64,000 nt of DNA from the human T2T-CHM13v2.0 reference genome, Homo sapiens. Made by a program: the position numbers and the translations under genes. Under the pieces are notes generated by a model. It did no database searches. It was not told the origin of the DNA and saw nothing but the letters and a program-made list of their open reading frames with translations. Of this stretch, positions 1-19,439 are shown one piece after another (within the stretch, counting starts at the first letter, position 1; each line of letters opens with the position of its first letter). The stretch lies in the NCBI RefSeq assembly GCF_009914755.1, contig NC_060945.1; one strand, 5' to 3'.

Positions 1-749
1 TCACGTACTCCTAGTTCCATCCTTTGACCCCTCCCAGAATTGCCCTCAAGACAATTCTTACTTTGCTTGCTTATTAAAGAGAGGATCCCCCACTGTGGCC
101 CTCTCCTTCTTCTCAGGGTGTTGTCTTCAATCTTCTCCACATCTTACTCAACAAACCTCCTGAGCTATTTCACCCACTCCCATCACGATGATTGCCTTTA
201 TCTTCCCTTGGTGTGTAGAGCACCATATCCTTCCATCATTAGCTTATATCACAGGTACCTCTAATTCAAGTTTCCAAAATGGTACCTGTTCCTGTTCACC
301 ATCCATTAAGGTCCTCAAAAAAGAAAAATGGAATTTCCTTTCATATCCTCTTCTTTCATTTCTTTTTATCAGGTGCTGATGATTATTTCTTGAAAATGTA
401 TCCTCAAATTCTCTGCATCTCCACTGCCACACCCCAGTCACAGTGAGTAGTCTGGTTATGTGGGAAAGGGGCACAGCCCCTCTGTCCACCCGGCTTCAGC
501 ACCTCTGGGAGGACAGCTCCACCTCCACACACTTTGCCAGGACACTGCACTAAGGGGATGCGGCCCTCTCTTTGCTGTCTCAGGCCTTCTCAGAAGTCAT
601 GAGCCTTTACCCACCTTACTGGTGCAACCTTGACATGTGAAAAACAATTGTCCATCACTGAGGGACAGGAGTCAGGGTATAAATTCTCTGCCTCTGCCTC
701 AGTTTCCTCCGATCCAGTGGGGCAATTATGAGGCCTGCTCTGTGCCTGC

Positions 750-932
750 GCTTCTCAAACATTAGAGGGCATCAGAATCACCTGAAGAGCTGATTAAACC
801 ACACATTGCTAAACCTTGTCTCCAGTGATTCTGACTCAGTACATCTGGGGTGGAATCCAATATTTTGCCTTTCTAATGAGCTCCCAGGTGATGCTGAGGC
901 TGCTGGTACAGAGACCACACTTCAAGAACCAC
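750..932. mobile_element. MER5A-like hAT-Charlie MITE
   Basis: cttctcaaac...catcagaatcacctg...gattctgactcagta...ccaggtgatgctg...gaccacactt..agaaccactg hallmark blocks. Confidence 0.75.
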
Positions 933-2208
933 TGTTCTACGTGATTCCTTAGAAGGCTCCCAGTAGGAATGAGCTCCAGTTGCCCATAGCAGCAACCAGC
1001 TCATTAAAGCAGCTTTTACTGATTTTCTTTTCTCCCTTTCTAATCTCATTCTTTCCATTCTGGGATCCAGGAATGACATCCCAAATAAATAACCTGCCAG
1101 CCAATTCTGTGCCTCACACTCTACTTTCAAGGGAACCCAACCTAGGACAAGGCCCATATTGCCTCTTATTTAGATTTCTCAGCCCCCTAACTGGTCTACC
1201 TGCCACGAACTGTCCCACTTGAATTCATTCTTCACTCAGGGACCTAAAGGATCTAAGACACAAATTGGATGATGTGACTTCCTTGCTTAAAAGCATCGCA
1301 TATTCCCATGGCCCTTTGGTATAATCCAGACTCTTGGGATATTTTAAAGGATTTTTATGACTTGAGCCCTTGGTCTCCAGTTGCATTCTGTGACATTCTC
1401 CTCTTGCAGGCTTTGCCCCAACTATTCTAAAACCCCATCTATTATCCAGTCCCCAAGACCATTCTTGCTGCTGGGTCTTCACACAGGCTTCTTCATGTCT
1501 GTTTAATAAGTTCCCATTCACCATTTGCATCTTAGCTTAGCACTCACTCAGTCAGGCACATTTGTTTCTGATGCTGTGGATAAGATTAAGTGCTTCTCTG
1601 AGGCCTTAATTACTTACCATAGCCTTTATTACGCTCATCTGGTATTGCTGTTTAACAGTCTGTGTCCCATACCAGGCTGTGCATGCTATGAGAACAAGAA
1701 CCATTCCTTTCTCACAGGCCATGGCATGCCCAGCGCACAGCACAGATCTGCAGTACAGAAAGCACTCTGCAACTATGCGTTGAAAGGACACATGAATCAA
1801 TGAATGTTATTACTTCAGTTTTATAGACTAGGGAAACGGAGCATGGCTAAGTTAATAACGCAGATCAGGGTGACCCCCAAAGCCTGAGGTCTTTGAGAAG
1901 AGTGGACCCAATGGAAGTGCCATCTGAGGGACAGCAGAAGACAGCCTCATAGGAGGACTCTGGCCAAGAAGATACAGAGCCTGAGATGGAAGGATGTGAA
2001 GCCTTTGGGACTGTTGCCGTTTGGGCCAAAACTTATGACAGAACAAAAAGACCACCAGTACTCTATATTGTCTGGGTGTATAATTCCCCAAGGTTGTTGG
2101 TTTCCTTTTTTAAAGATGATATTTAGATTTCCTTTTATTAGTATAACACATTATTTAGTATATTGTGGTGAGCCTGCTTGCCAATATAGTTTGTTTTCCA
2201 ATAGATCA

Positions 2209-2546
2209 TGATATGGTTTGGTAGTGTCCCCACCCAAATCTCATCTTGAATTGTAGCTCCCACAATTCCCACCTATTGTGGGAGGGATCCAGTGGGAAGT
2301 AATTTAACCACGGGGGGCGGATCTTTCCCATGCTGTTCTCGTGATAGTGAATGAGTCTCATGAGATCTGATGATTTTATAAAGGGGATTTCCCCTGCACA
2401 AGCTCTCTCTTGCCTGCCACCATGTAAGACATGCCTTTCACCTCCCAGCCACCTGTGGAACTGTGAGTCCATTAATCCTCTTTTTCTTTATAAATTAGCC
2501 AGTCTTGGGTATGTCTTTATCAGCAGCATAAAAATGGACTAATACA
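2209..2546 (+). mobile_element. THE1-family (MaLR) solo LTR
   Basis: Begins tgatatggtttgg..tgtccccacccaaatctcatcttgaattgtagctccc, ends aaaatggactaataca (TG...CA). Confidence 0.9.
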
Positions 2547-3299
2547 GAGCGGTTTTTCTGGTAGGGAGGAAGAGTAATTAAAGAGATGAATAGGTTCAAC
2601 TACATAATTACATCACATCTCCAAGATGCAATATGGCTAAACTTGCCAAACACTTCTCTGAATCATAATTACGTGCACATAACCAGCACTCCTGTCTCCC
2701 CAAAAAGAACAATTTGATATATATTCCAAAATACCAAAATCTTGTCATGGGATCCACATAGGCTGAGAGTATCTGAAGTTTCAAATAGGTTTCTTTGAGG
2801 AAGTTTACTCCTGGTGTTGCCTAAAATGAAGGTTGTTTAAAACACAGAGGTCTTTGGCTTGATCTGCTTATTTTGTGTGTGTTGGTGGGGGGTGGATTAC
2901 TTCTGTTGTTTCATTTTTAAAGAAATAATACTATGGTTATAATAAGACAGGCATTTTTCTAGTTTTAAATGTAGTCCAGCGTTTTATGTTTGGAAGCCAT
3001 GGCTTCTAAGTTGCTATATATTTCCAAAGAATGAATTTAGGTTTCCCTAGCTGTAAACCTGGGCAGAAATTCAGTTTTAATGAAAGCCATTTGGTGGAGG
3101 TGGGAGGGGGTGCATGGATAAATACCACCATTCTCTACTTGGTGACATTTAGTTGAGATGGGACTTGGCCAAAGTCTAGGTAAGATTTAATTTACGACAC
3201 TGACAATTAAACCTATTGCTTTCCCATCATTCTGAGAATAGATGGCCTGGCCTCTGCTTATATCTCTGCCTTACACTTTCTGTCCTCTCTTACTTAATA

Positions 3300-3725
3300 G
3301 GAGGCACCTTGGGCCTCTTGCTGGGCTGTGAACACACAAAACTCACTCCACACTCAGTCTTCAGACTTGTTGGTCTCTCTGCTTGGAACTCGCTTCCTAC
3401 AATTCCCTGGGACGTACGCCTTCACTTCAGTCAAGTCTCTGCTCAAAGATCTCTCCAGAAAGCCTTCCCCTGCCCAGCCTACCTAAAATACTATTTTCAT
3501 CCCCATCTTTCTCAATCCACGTACAACATGTTTATTTTTCATAGTCCTTGTAGATAACTGACATTGTTTGTTCATTATCTCTTCCCTTCACTAGACTTTG
3601 AACCTTAATGGGCAGAGACTTGGTGTCTTTATTTTAATCACCATGGTATCCTCGGCACTCATAACAGCACCTATTATAAAACAAATATTTAAGAAATATT
3701 TTGTGTAAGAATGAATGAATGAAGT
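3300..3725 (+). mobile_element. L2 LINE 3' fragment
   Basis: Degenerate L2 3' end terminating in aaatatttt...gaatgaatgaatgaa; boundaries approximate. Confidence 0.6.
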
Positions 3726-4299
3726 AAAATCATAGCATGAGAATTCTATCAAAAATTGGATCAACAGATGGCAATAAAATAGCAACCTTCTATGATTTTC
3801 ATTTTTCCTGTCAACTGACAGTCAACTATTTTAGCCAATGTGCTTGTTTCTCTATGTGGCAGTTCACCATTAAAAGCCAGAAACCATTGACCCATCAGAA
3901 GATATAAAAAAGTGTGAGAAAACGGCCCTCCTTTGGAATCACAGATAGGAACTGTTGTGTTGGTGCTTTCCTGTGAGTGGTCTAGAGACCACAACAGGAA
4001 GCAAAGGGCAGGAGTGCTCTTTCATGAAGCCTAATGCGTTATTTCTAATACCTTAATCAATGCCAAGGTCACTCCACTGAGCAGGATATCAGGGAAACCA
4101 TCAGTCCACTGTCATAAGAGCTATGAGATTTGGCTCTTATTGGCTCATACATAACAGCTAAGAGATTTTTGCTTTTGGGGTGTTGTTTTTGTTTTCTTAT
4201 ATTTTCTTCAAGACAACAGCTAATTTATTTTAGATCAAGTCTTTACAAATCTTCCCACTAACCCAGGCTATCAAACAATGTGCTAAGCTTTACAATGAC

Positions 4300-5440
<1,141 letters not shown>

Positions 5441-5447
5441 AAGAAAA

Positions 5448-8145
<2,698 letters not shown>

Positions 8146-10039
8146 AAAAGAAAAGTGTGATAAAATCAGGTGTGCCTGTGTTTATTGAATGCAGTACATT
8201 GTGGATACGCTATGCTGTTGGGGGTCTGGATTTTGTTGTCTTCCTTTTTAGTGTCAAATATTGTTTATGCACACAATTAACTTACTAGTGGAGAAGTTTT
8301 ATCTTGCCAAGAATCTTCTTAGGCTCTTTTAGGGCTGGTCTAGAGTAACCCTTATGCTGGGGATAGATTAGTCCTACTCCTAGGGTGTGGCATTCCTGAG
8401 ATTGCGGCTGAATTCCCCTATTCTGGCTAGTTAGAACTCCAGCATTCCCAAGCAATGTGCAACTTCTGCTAGCACCCTGTGCATGTGAAGAACAGTATTC
8501 AGCTGAAACTGCAAAGGAGCCCTGTACAGATTTCTAGAGACCTTTCTTTGAATAGCTCCCTAATCTCCAGTAGCTTGTCCTTCAATACCCAGTAATCATC
8601 TTAGTATCTTTCAATTTCTCTCTCTGTTTTCTCCACCTGCCAAGATCACTGTGATCTATTTGGGCTCTGCACTCTCTGTCATGTGCAGAAAGTACCCCAA
8701 GCAGCTATCTGGGGTGAATTTGGAACTGACTTCATGCACTTTGTTTTGTTCCTGAAAGCAGTTCTTATATATATTAGACCAATTTTATAGTTGGTTTGTA
8801 GTAGGAGGATAAATGTGTTACCTGTTACTCTGTGATGGTCCTATTAGATAATTTTTGTTTTTCCACTTCTTTGACCCAAAACATCCCCCTTCCCTATAAT
8901 TTTCAATCATTTCTGTTGGTGCTACCTACTGGAGCTTCACACCATGGTTGTTATTATACTACTTTGAACGTACTACTGCACTGGTACAAAGAATTCTGGT
9001 TGCATTCACTAACTCAAGGACTTTGATCCTGTAATAATCTCCTCTTTATCTTGACACATATTTTTTTCCTCTCTACTGGCTTATTCTCATAAGCATAAAG
9101 CAGGCTGTAAAGTATCCAGTCTTAAAAATAACTCCTGCCCTTGCCCCATGTCCATTTCCAACTTTGTCTCCATTTTACTGCCTCCTGTGATAGCAAAATT
9201 CCTAAAAATATAAAAATAGTTGTGTTTTCTGAGTTCCTGCACATTGACCTTCTTTCTTTTCTGAAGCTCCTCTAATCAAGCCCTCGCTGCAATGACACCA
9301 GGTCATAAACAATATCCATCAAGGTCATAAACAATATCCATCTTCCTAAACCAGTGACCAACTCTTGGTTTTCCTCTTTGTCTACTTTCAGCAGGATTCA
9401 ATACTGTTTAATATTCTCTTTCTCGATTTATTTCTGATTTTGCTTCTAGAGTGCCACAGTCCACTGGATTTTCTCCTCCTTTACAGGCTGCTCCTTTTCC
9501 CTCTTCGTCTCTTCTGCTGATTCCTCCTTCTCTTATTCTGGGGCCTTAAATGCTGGAGTGCCCTAGTGACTGCTGGGACAGGTGCTTCTCCCATATCATT
9601 GACCATTATTCCCCTTGTCAATACCGTTCTTCCTCATTTCTTCTCTGCTTCTGCTAAAGACACTTTCATTCACCTTGTTATTAGGCAAAGCATGATTCCA
9701 CTAAAGGTTCTTCTTTATCTCATTTGCAACATTCACTCCATAAGCGTGTTTTATTTGCTTTACCGCCAAAATAGATTGTGAATTCCACTGCTTCTCATGA
9801 CCTTAACATTAACACCTTCATCCAAGGCATTTTTATCTTGTCTGAATGTCTGAAATAGCCTGTTAACTACTCTTCTTGCTTTCTAGCCCAGTCCATTCTT
9901 CAGACAGCTACTAGTGTGACAACTAAAAAGATCAATCAGGCCATAGTGCTGTGGTGGTTAAAGTCAACAGTGCCAACTCTTTAATCTAGAAGAAAATCCA
10001 CACCTCAAAATGGCTGCACGTTCTAATTACTCAGGGGGC

Positions 10040-10385
10040 TGGAACTGAGACTTGGCTACATATTAGAATAAACCTGTGGATTTTACAAATTATTGATGCC
10101 TGGGTCCCACCTCCAAAGATGGTTATTTAATTGACAGGAGCTTCATCCTGGTCATCAGGACCTTTTTAGACCTCCCTATGCAATCTGAATGTACAACAAA
10201 GTTTGAGAACCACTAACTAGTGATTTTTGGGAAAAAAGAACAATTCCCCAGAGATCTGGAAGATGGATTTACCCCTAAAGATTATGATTTAATTGGTGTA
10301 GATTGGGACCAAAAAATGCACATCAGTGTTTTCTTAAGCCTCCCAGGAGATTCTACAGAACTGTCTGGATTGAGAACCACAGTCC
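10040..10385. mobile_element. Two MER5B/MER5A-like fragments
   Basis: ttgatgcctgggtcccacc...aaagtttgagaaccact and second ...ctcccaggagattct...ttgagaaccac. Confidence 0.55.
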
Positions 10386-11958
10386 CACATCACCTTGTCC
10401 CTGCCTGTTTCTCCAGTCACACTGACCTGTTTGTGAAGCACATTTTCTTCCTCTAGGCTGCATTATCTCACTGGTGATTTAATATTAATTTAACTAAAGC
10501 TTATTTAACATATTTGAAGAACAATCACATGGAGACATCAGTCATATCATGATCAGCTACATTATCCCAAATAGCTAGGCTCATTTTCAGCTCATCTGAT
10601 TTTGCCTTGGTTAAAAACTTCTGGTTGCCTTTTCTGCAAGGGCAAGTTGTACAAAAAGCATCCCCGTACATTTTTATCTGACGTTTCAGATTCCTGGCCT
10701 GGATCCTTCAGAGCAGATTATATAGAAAGCAGGCTGATGTACTATTTTGCCCTTCACAAACCCAAGAGTTAACTCTGCTTATAAGAAAACGCTTGGGAAA
10801 CAGATACTAGGTTGGCTCCCTTTTTTATTTATCTTTCAAAATTTGGGAAAAAATCAAGTATCCCAATTCTTCCACTCCAAAGTGCAAGGTGGAAATGAGA
10901 AAAATGTCATGAGGCTGCTAAGTTTGTGTCTAATTGAATATATATTTTCTAAATTATTCACCTGGAAATTTTTTTTTTCAGAAATACAAAGTTAGTTTCT
11001 TCCTATGACTTCTAAGTCTGTGTCACTTCCTTTTGCTGGCAGGTAGATAAAAAGTGCATTTCTTCCCAGCTGGCAAGGAAGAAGAGGTATCAAGGGGACA
11101 AGGAGTAAGGAATGAAGAAGGACATGAGAATCTCCTGCTCAAGAAAGAGCTATCTCCACTCTCTGGGAAATTACAGAAATCCTCCCCCTCCTAACAACCA
11201 CTCTGGGACCACAATCTGGGGAATTTTAAAATGCAAATAATCATTGTTAATATAAATCTTTAACTTCAGACAGTTACTTTTGCAATGTGGATGAATATTG
11301 TAATGGTAGATTAATGTATAGTACTCTTGGAGAATCATAAACATCACAGAATGTCTGTGTTTGATATACATTAGAGAACACTAGCAGCTTATTTCATAGA
11401 TGAAGAGTGTGAGCCTTAATGGGAATTTGGTGACTTGAATAGAAGTTCAAAATAAGACTGAAGCTTACAGTTTAGATGTAATGAGATTACTGCCAGTTTT
11501 CTACAAGTTAGCCTACCCTATTTTAATTTTTTTGAATAAGTACTACCATACTCTGCTTAATTTTAAAACGTTGCAATGGCGTCCCAAAATAATGATAGAT
11601 TTAATGCTAAATAGAATAGATGGGCAAAGAAAACCACATTTCTAAAACTAAAACAAACATTATGAAAAGCTATTTCATGGCTCTTTAGAAAAACTTTGAT
11701 ACATAGCTTTGAGACATATTTTTTAAAAAACCATTTATTGAAATAAGAAATACTAAAAATATTATATGAATACAATAAAGCAAAAGCTCACGGACGTTAG
11801 TCCTCAAAACTCATTGGCTTAGCATACGGAAGCCTTATTTCATGAATTAAATCCTATGGTTCCCACCTTCTTAGCTATTAATTATTTAAAACATATTTTA
11901 GGTAAATAAAACCTTATCTTGGAGTTTAGGGGAATTCATGGTTGGGTTTAGAGTCGTA

Positions 11959-11984
11959 TTTTTTTTTTTTTTTTTTTTTTTTTT
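11959..11984. repeat. T26 mononucleotide run (A26 in the DSCAM pre-mRNA)
   Basis: Read directly from sequence. Confidence 0.95.
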
Positions 11985-12060
11985 AGTGAGATAAAACTGA
12001 ATTTCTAAGTTCCAGTTATTTTCGAAATATTTCAAGCCCCATCATCTTAAACCATTGTTA

Positions 12061-12423
<363 letters not shown>

Positions 12424-12823
12424 CTACATTTGCTTTTCCTTTAACCCTGTATACGGCACTGAAAGGGTAGTACAGACGATCATAGATACAGCATAGAAAT
12501 ACAGGAACTGTAGCAAATTTGAAATTCTGCTTCTATTATTTGAATGTTCTCATCATTTTAAATAAAAACCATGGTTCAATTTGTACTTCAGCAAGTTAAT
12601 TTTGTTCAACAAACTTTAATTTAAAAATTATTTTTGAATGAAAACATTTCAGACTATATCTGTAGTGTAAATAGTGTGAAAGAGGGATTTAGGTTTGGTT
12701 TTCCTTCAAAGCCTTTTAAAATGATGTATACAAGAGGAGGTTTCTTTCCTACTTTGCGACTATGACACTACAATTACTGTTCCCCTTCTAATTGTTTCCT
12801 GCCTTGTAAATAGGCATATTCTA

Positions 12824-13170
<347 letters not shown>

Positions 13171-15136
13171 AAATATTCCAATTTTATTGTTAAAGTTCTC
13201 TGTTATGTCCAACTAATAACAACCATTAATTATAAATTCTTATTTCATATTAGAATAACTACATCTTTACTTTGCATCTCTTAGTTTTGCACACTTTACG
13301 TGTGTAACTTTTAATTGTGAACTGGTCCGTGGCAGGTTATTTGACTTGCTGATGTATTGCTAAGGAGGTCGGGTTATAGCCTTCAGCCTGGCCTGCCATG
13401 GACACTGCAAGCAAACTCAGCCTGGAAAGCTCTTTCCTGATTCAGCTTTGCTGAGTGATGCCTGTTTTGTCCACCTTGCCTTAGGAACTCTCTTCCTCAG
13501 TGCCCTCCTAGATGATGTCATAGGGTATTAACATTCTGAAATAGTTAAAATGGAGTCAGATGAACCACATTTGAACTCTAACTGTTACTTGTTAGTTATG
13601 AGCAAAGTAATATGCTCTTTCATCAGCCTTACGGATTAGTTATTTATTGCTTTACTTTGCAGATGGGAAAAGTGATACTCAAAGATGTTACCTTGCCCTT
13701 TTGGTCTTAGAACTAGTTAACTATTCTCGGAGGGCTTAAATCATGTCAATATAACTAATATCAGAGCCTGTAATGTAAGCCTTTTTTGTGTTTTTGCATA
13801 CATTCTTGGAAAGAAAAAGGTTTATTTGTATGCAGGGGCTTGGAAATGACTAAGAGTACAAACTAAGATGATTAATCATGTGATAATCTAATATAAACCA
13901 ATTATTATATTACGAGTTTTTCCTAATGAAGTTATTAAAGATTTCTACAGTTTATTCAACAATTGTAAGTCCATTTCAACTATCAGCTTAAGGAAGAGGT
14001 AAGGGATCCGGCTGAGAAATTTGAATAGAAAACCATTCATTCATTTATTTGTTCATTCAATCAAGTCATGTTTATTGAGCACCTGGGATGTGTGTGGCAG
14101 CAGTGAACGTGCTGGGCACACAGCAATGAGCATAACCCATCAGCCTCTGCCAGTGGAGCTTCCATATATAGCCATAGGCCGCAGACAGCAAGGAAGTGCA
14201 GCCATGGCGCTTCTCTTATTTCGTATTATCACTATGACTGCTGTCTGCTTTCAAAAGCAGTTGGGAGCTAGAACTCAAAATTGCAAGTACAGCCAGAGGT
14301 CGAAGAAGTAGGTAGCTCAAGTTAGGTTTTACCAGGGAAATTAATTTTTTTAAATGGTCAAAGGTACCGACAAGCATACTCAATGTCAATCCTCCTGTGG
14401 ATTCTCCATGTAAAGTTAGATCTTTGGGATTGAAAAGGGCTGATCTGATGCTAAGAGATAAAGGTCTCAGGATGAGATTCTATCCAGTGCTGGTGGAGAG
14501 AATCGGGTCAGACTGAGGTATGAACGTTCTCAGTTGGAATGTGCTGGAGAAAATGTCATGTTGTACCAAAGGTGCTTGTATTTCTTTAAATCTCTTGCCC
14601 CCAAGTGGCATAAATGCTCACTATATATGTAAATATTATTAATACTAAATTGCTATGCTTTATTAAAGAAAATAATTACATTTCCTCCCCTTTGATTTCC
14701 TGGACACAAAAACCTGGTTGTCAGCATACTCAGACAAACCTTGGCTTGGTGCTTACTGTCTGAATTACAGACAATTTTTCTAAGATAAGAACTTTGGAGC
14801 CAGGCTACTTTGGTTTAAGTTCAGCTATGCTACTTACTACAGTTACTTAACCCCTCTCAGGGTCTCAGTTTCCTTATTTATAAAATAGAGTGCTGCCTTG
14901 AGCTCTGAATGAGTTAACACAGTAATTCTCAAACTTAGTTGTGTATCTGAATCAGTTTCTTAGCATTTGTTCTATTTCACAAGCCTTTAAGATGAGGAAA
15001 AAACAGGTAAGTTGAAAGGTTACTGGGCTAATTTTCTCTATCAGTTACAACAGGGAGAAGGAATACGTGAGGATTTACTTTCTCCAAATCAAGAAAGAAA
15101 GGTAAGACATAGCATATTTTTTAATCTAGCTATTTA

Positions 15137-15510
<374 letters not shown>

Positions 15511-17542
15511 TTATAGAATACAGGAAATATATGCACATACAAATTTTCAAGAACAGAAGTAAGAGGTAGCTATAGAAGAATCAGCATTAAAACCAAAACG
15601 AAAACCAAAACCCTGTGTTTTCCATAATTCCAAAATATTTGCAATTCATCAGTGTATGGTATTTAAGGAATATTTTTATCATTACTTTAGTACAAAGCAA
15701 CAGGGCTGAAAATCAAGAAGTACACTTCCAAAGCACTGAAAAACCAGTGTCAGAAAGCTAATGCACTAAATCTCATACACATCACTCCAAGGATAATCCC
15801 TTGCTTTGAACATCTTATTTTAAATCATTACAACACTGTCAGTTATCTGATATCTTGGCCTAAATCAGATTCTGGGAGTTCAGGCATATTGAAGAGGGCT
15901 TAGTAAGAAGCCACAATTGGCAAGCAAAAGGAGGAGGGTGAGAAACTAAAAGTAAATTATAAAGAACAGACACAAAAACGCAACACACACAGTAGTTGGA
16001 TGACATTTTGTTTGGGAGCACATTGCCCTTAGTAGTCAGCATTTTTGTAATTAATACAAAATCGTAATACTTAATTAGCATTCTGAATTATAAGTCACGG
16101 TTAACATATTAAATAAAAAGATACATTTAAAATATTTTAAAACATATCTACCAAAAAAAAGCCTTTCCAAAATGGTTAAAATAAATATTAAAGAAAAGTT
16201 TAGTCATAAGGAAAAGCGTTTTCCCAGAAGAATGTCAAAATTAGGTTTGCTATGTGTTGCTTTGCTTGCCACATTATGTAAGGACACATTAGGTCAGTAT
16301 GCACATTACATCATTGTTAATGTAAATTAAATCACAAGACCTATTTGTCAATCATGTCAATTCTTTCTTCACTGCTTAAGTTGCCTTGCTTGCATCAGCT
16401 GTGAGTTGCAAGTCTGCTGCATACAAATGCATAAAATTTTTAAAGCGTCTTAAGCCTTATATTTTATATTCATAAGACATAAGATCGATGGCACAAAGTA
16501 ACTCCAGTGATTAGAAAACTCTTCTCATGATTTTGGGAAAGCTGAACCTCCTATTTGAGACACACTGATTACCTGATTCATGATATCACCTAAATAAGGT
16601 AAATTATCTGAATCTTGCTGACAGTAAAAGCTTGTATATCATAGGAGCAGAAATCCTGAATATGACACACACCGCTTTTGACATACCCTTTCTACAAGAA
16701 GTATGTAAATATCTGATAAAGGTCATTTATTACCAGGCTTGTGTATTTCACTCTACATAATGGCGGGGGTCCTTTTCCTAGGCAGCTCAGAGCCATTGAA
16801 TACTGCCAAATGTCAATTTTGACTCTTACTCTATCTAAACCCTTAACAAGAATATTAGATCAGACTAATATATTTCTGTCTTGTCTCTTAAAAATTAATT
16901 GTATATTCTTCTTCATGGAGGGAAATGCTTTGATTTCTCCTAGAGAAGAGGCGTATAAGACTTTGATAAAATCATGGGTGGGGTGCTCGTCAATTCTGGG
17001 TGATTAGCAGTGTTATCTTGATCCAGTTTATTTAGCTCTGCGATTCTATCTCTTCATGTGTAACGAGGTGATAATGAAACACAGTTCATTATCAGCTTGC
17101 ATTGAAATAGACAGCAAGTAGCTCTTCTGCGCAGCCACAGGGCTATTTACTGTCCAGTTCAGTGCAAGGCGTGACTCCGAAATGATGAGGCTGTGAGCAG
17201 GTGGGAGTTTCTAGTCCGGGGTATACCTTCAAGATCTCCTCACCCATAAGTCTGGTTATCTGGTCAATTCTGCTACTTAACAACATCGTTTAGCTAAATT
17301 TTAGATTACTGACCCAGTCTGATACAGTTCTCCACAATGTACATACAACACAAGTAAGCGGTTCCTCTACTCACTCTTGTTCAAAACTCTTGTATGGAAT
17401 TTATCACATTGATGACTCAAGTGAGTACAGTGATTTATGGACGTGCCCATTTTCTTAAGTAGAGTGACCCAGGAGGGCAGGAGATCTATCAAGTTTATCT
17501 TTTTTATTTCCCACAACTAGTGGGATAAATAGTGTCCTGTTC

Positions 17543-17872
<330 letters not shown>

Positions 17873-17975
17873 TGATTGAATAATGTTTTTTAGAAAAAAA
17901 CTTTCAGAGGTGATGATGAACATATGTTTACACTCTGCACTTTAGACAATCCTGAAGTCATTAAGAATGACTTAG

Positions 17976-18374
17976 TTTACTGAGAATGATGATTTCCAAT
18001 TTCATCCATGTCCCTACAAAGGACATGAACTCATCATTTTTTATGGCTGTATAGTATTCCATGGTGTATATGTGCCACATTTTCTTAATCCAGTCTATCA
18101 TTGTCGCAAGGACAAAAAACCAAACACCGCATGTTCTCACTCATAGATGGGAATTGAACAATGAGAACACATGGACACAGCAAGGGGAACATCACATTCT
18201 GGGTACTGTTGTGGGGTGGGGGGAGGGGGGACGGATAGCATTAGGAGATATACCTAATGCTAAATGACAAGTTAATGGGTGCAGCACACCAGCATGGCAC
18301 ATGTATACATGTGTAACTAACGTGTACATTGTGCACATGTACCCTAAAACTTAAAGTATAATTAAAAAAAAAAA
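17976..18374 (+). mobile_element. Short 5'-inverted L1PA 3' end: inverted arm to 18103, sense arm from 18104
   Basis: TSD aagaatgacttag at 17963-17975 and 18375-18387; the two arms join contiguous L1 sequence ...agtaaacta|tcgcaagg. Confidence 0.92.
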
Positions 18375-19439
18375 AAGAATGACTTAGAAAAGAGGAGCAG
18401 GCAGACACTTCCAGGACTTAATAATGACGACATGGCAGGGACAAGAGTGAAGCTCCTCTTCATAGTCTTATTAGCCTAGGGGCCGAGGACTTCTAACTAC
18501 TGTGCCAACTCTCCCCTCTGCTGGCAGGGCCAGTTGGGGAGCTTGAGTCAATATCTGGCCTTGTTTATTTAGGTACGGTCCTCGCGCCAACTCTGAATTG
18601 CTATGTGAGTTTGTTTCCCTGAGATCGGTGACTTCCAACCAGCAGCAGCCAGAGATGCACCTAGCTTACCGTGACTTAGGCTGCTGGTCCCGTGACCTGC
18701 ACCTGCTTTAGCAGGAAGGGCAGGAGGCCAAGATGCAGAGACATATGATGAGGGAGTGATAAGGATATTGCTGGAGCCGGTGGGTGCTAAAAGAAACCAG
18801 AGGCTGCGTGGGTCACATCAACTTAGATTCCATTAGTTTCCCTTCTTAGCCTCTCACTCCAAGCTCCCCGCGGGGTTCAATATGAGCTGATATTAACTGA
18901 CATTGACCTAGGCGAAAAAGGCAAGAGTGAGCCAGTGGGGAATTCTTTGGCCCTGCCTTCTGGGTGGGAAGGACAGGGAAGGACAAGGCATTGTCCTTGC
19001 AGTGTGGTGGAGATGACTTTTAGGATCTATCTTTAAGGTTTCCTTAAAGAACTGTGTCTTGGGCATATTTGTAATAGCCCAAATCATACAAAACTTTAAA
19101 AAATGTTTCAAGTATCTGTTTTTCTCTAGACATAGATTTGAAATACCACATTTGAATTTCTGTGGATGAATGAAGTAGGAGTTTTGAGTATATTTTGATA
19201 AATTTACATCTTTTGAATTATTTAAGGTGTACTCAAATGAGAAGTATACCTCCTTTAGGGGAGGAGTTATAAGTAAAAACAGCAGACCAAAGTTTTCTCT
19301 GGCCACATTCTCCATTCTAAGAAAACATGTTCCCCATGGACAGAAAAAAATAGCTGGACCCAATCATCCATGTCTTCCTTAGTTTCAGAAAGTGTCAAGG
19401 CACTGAACCTGCTGTGACTTGGAGAAAACAAACAAGAAA

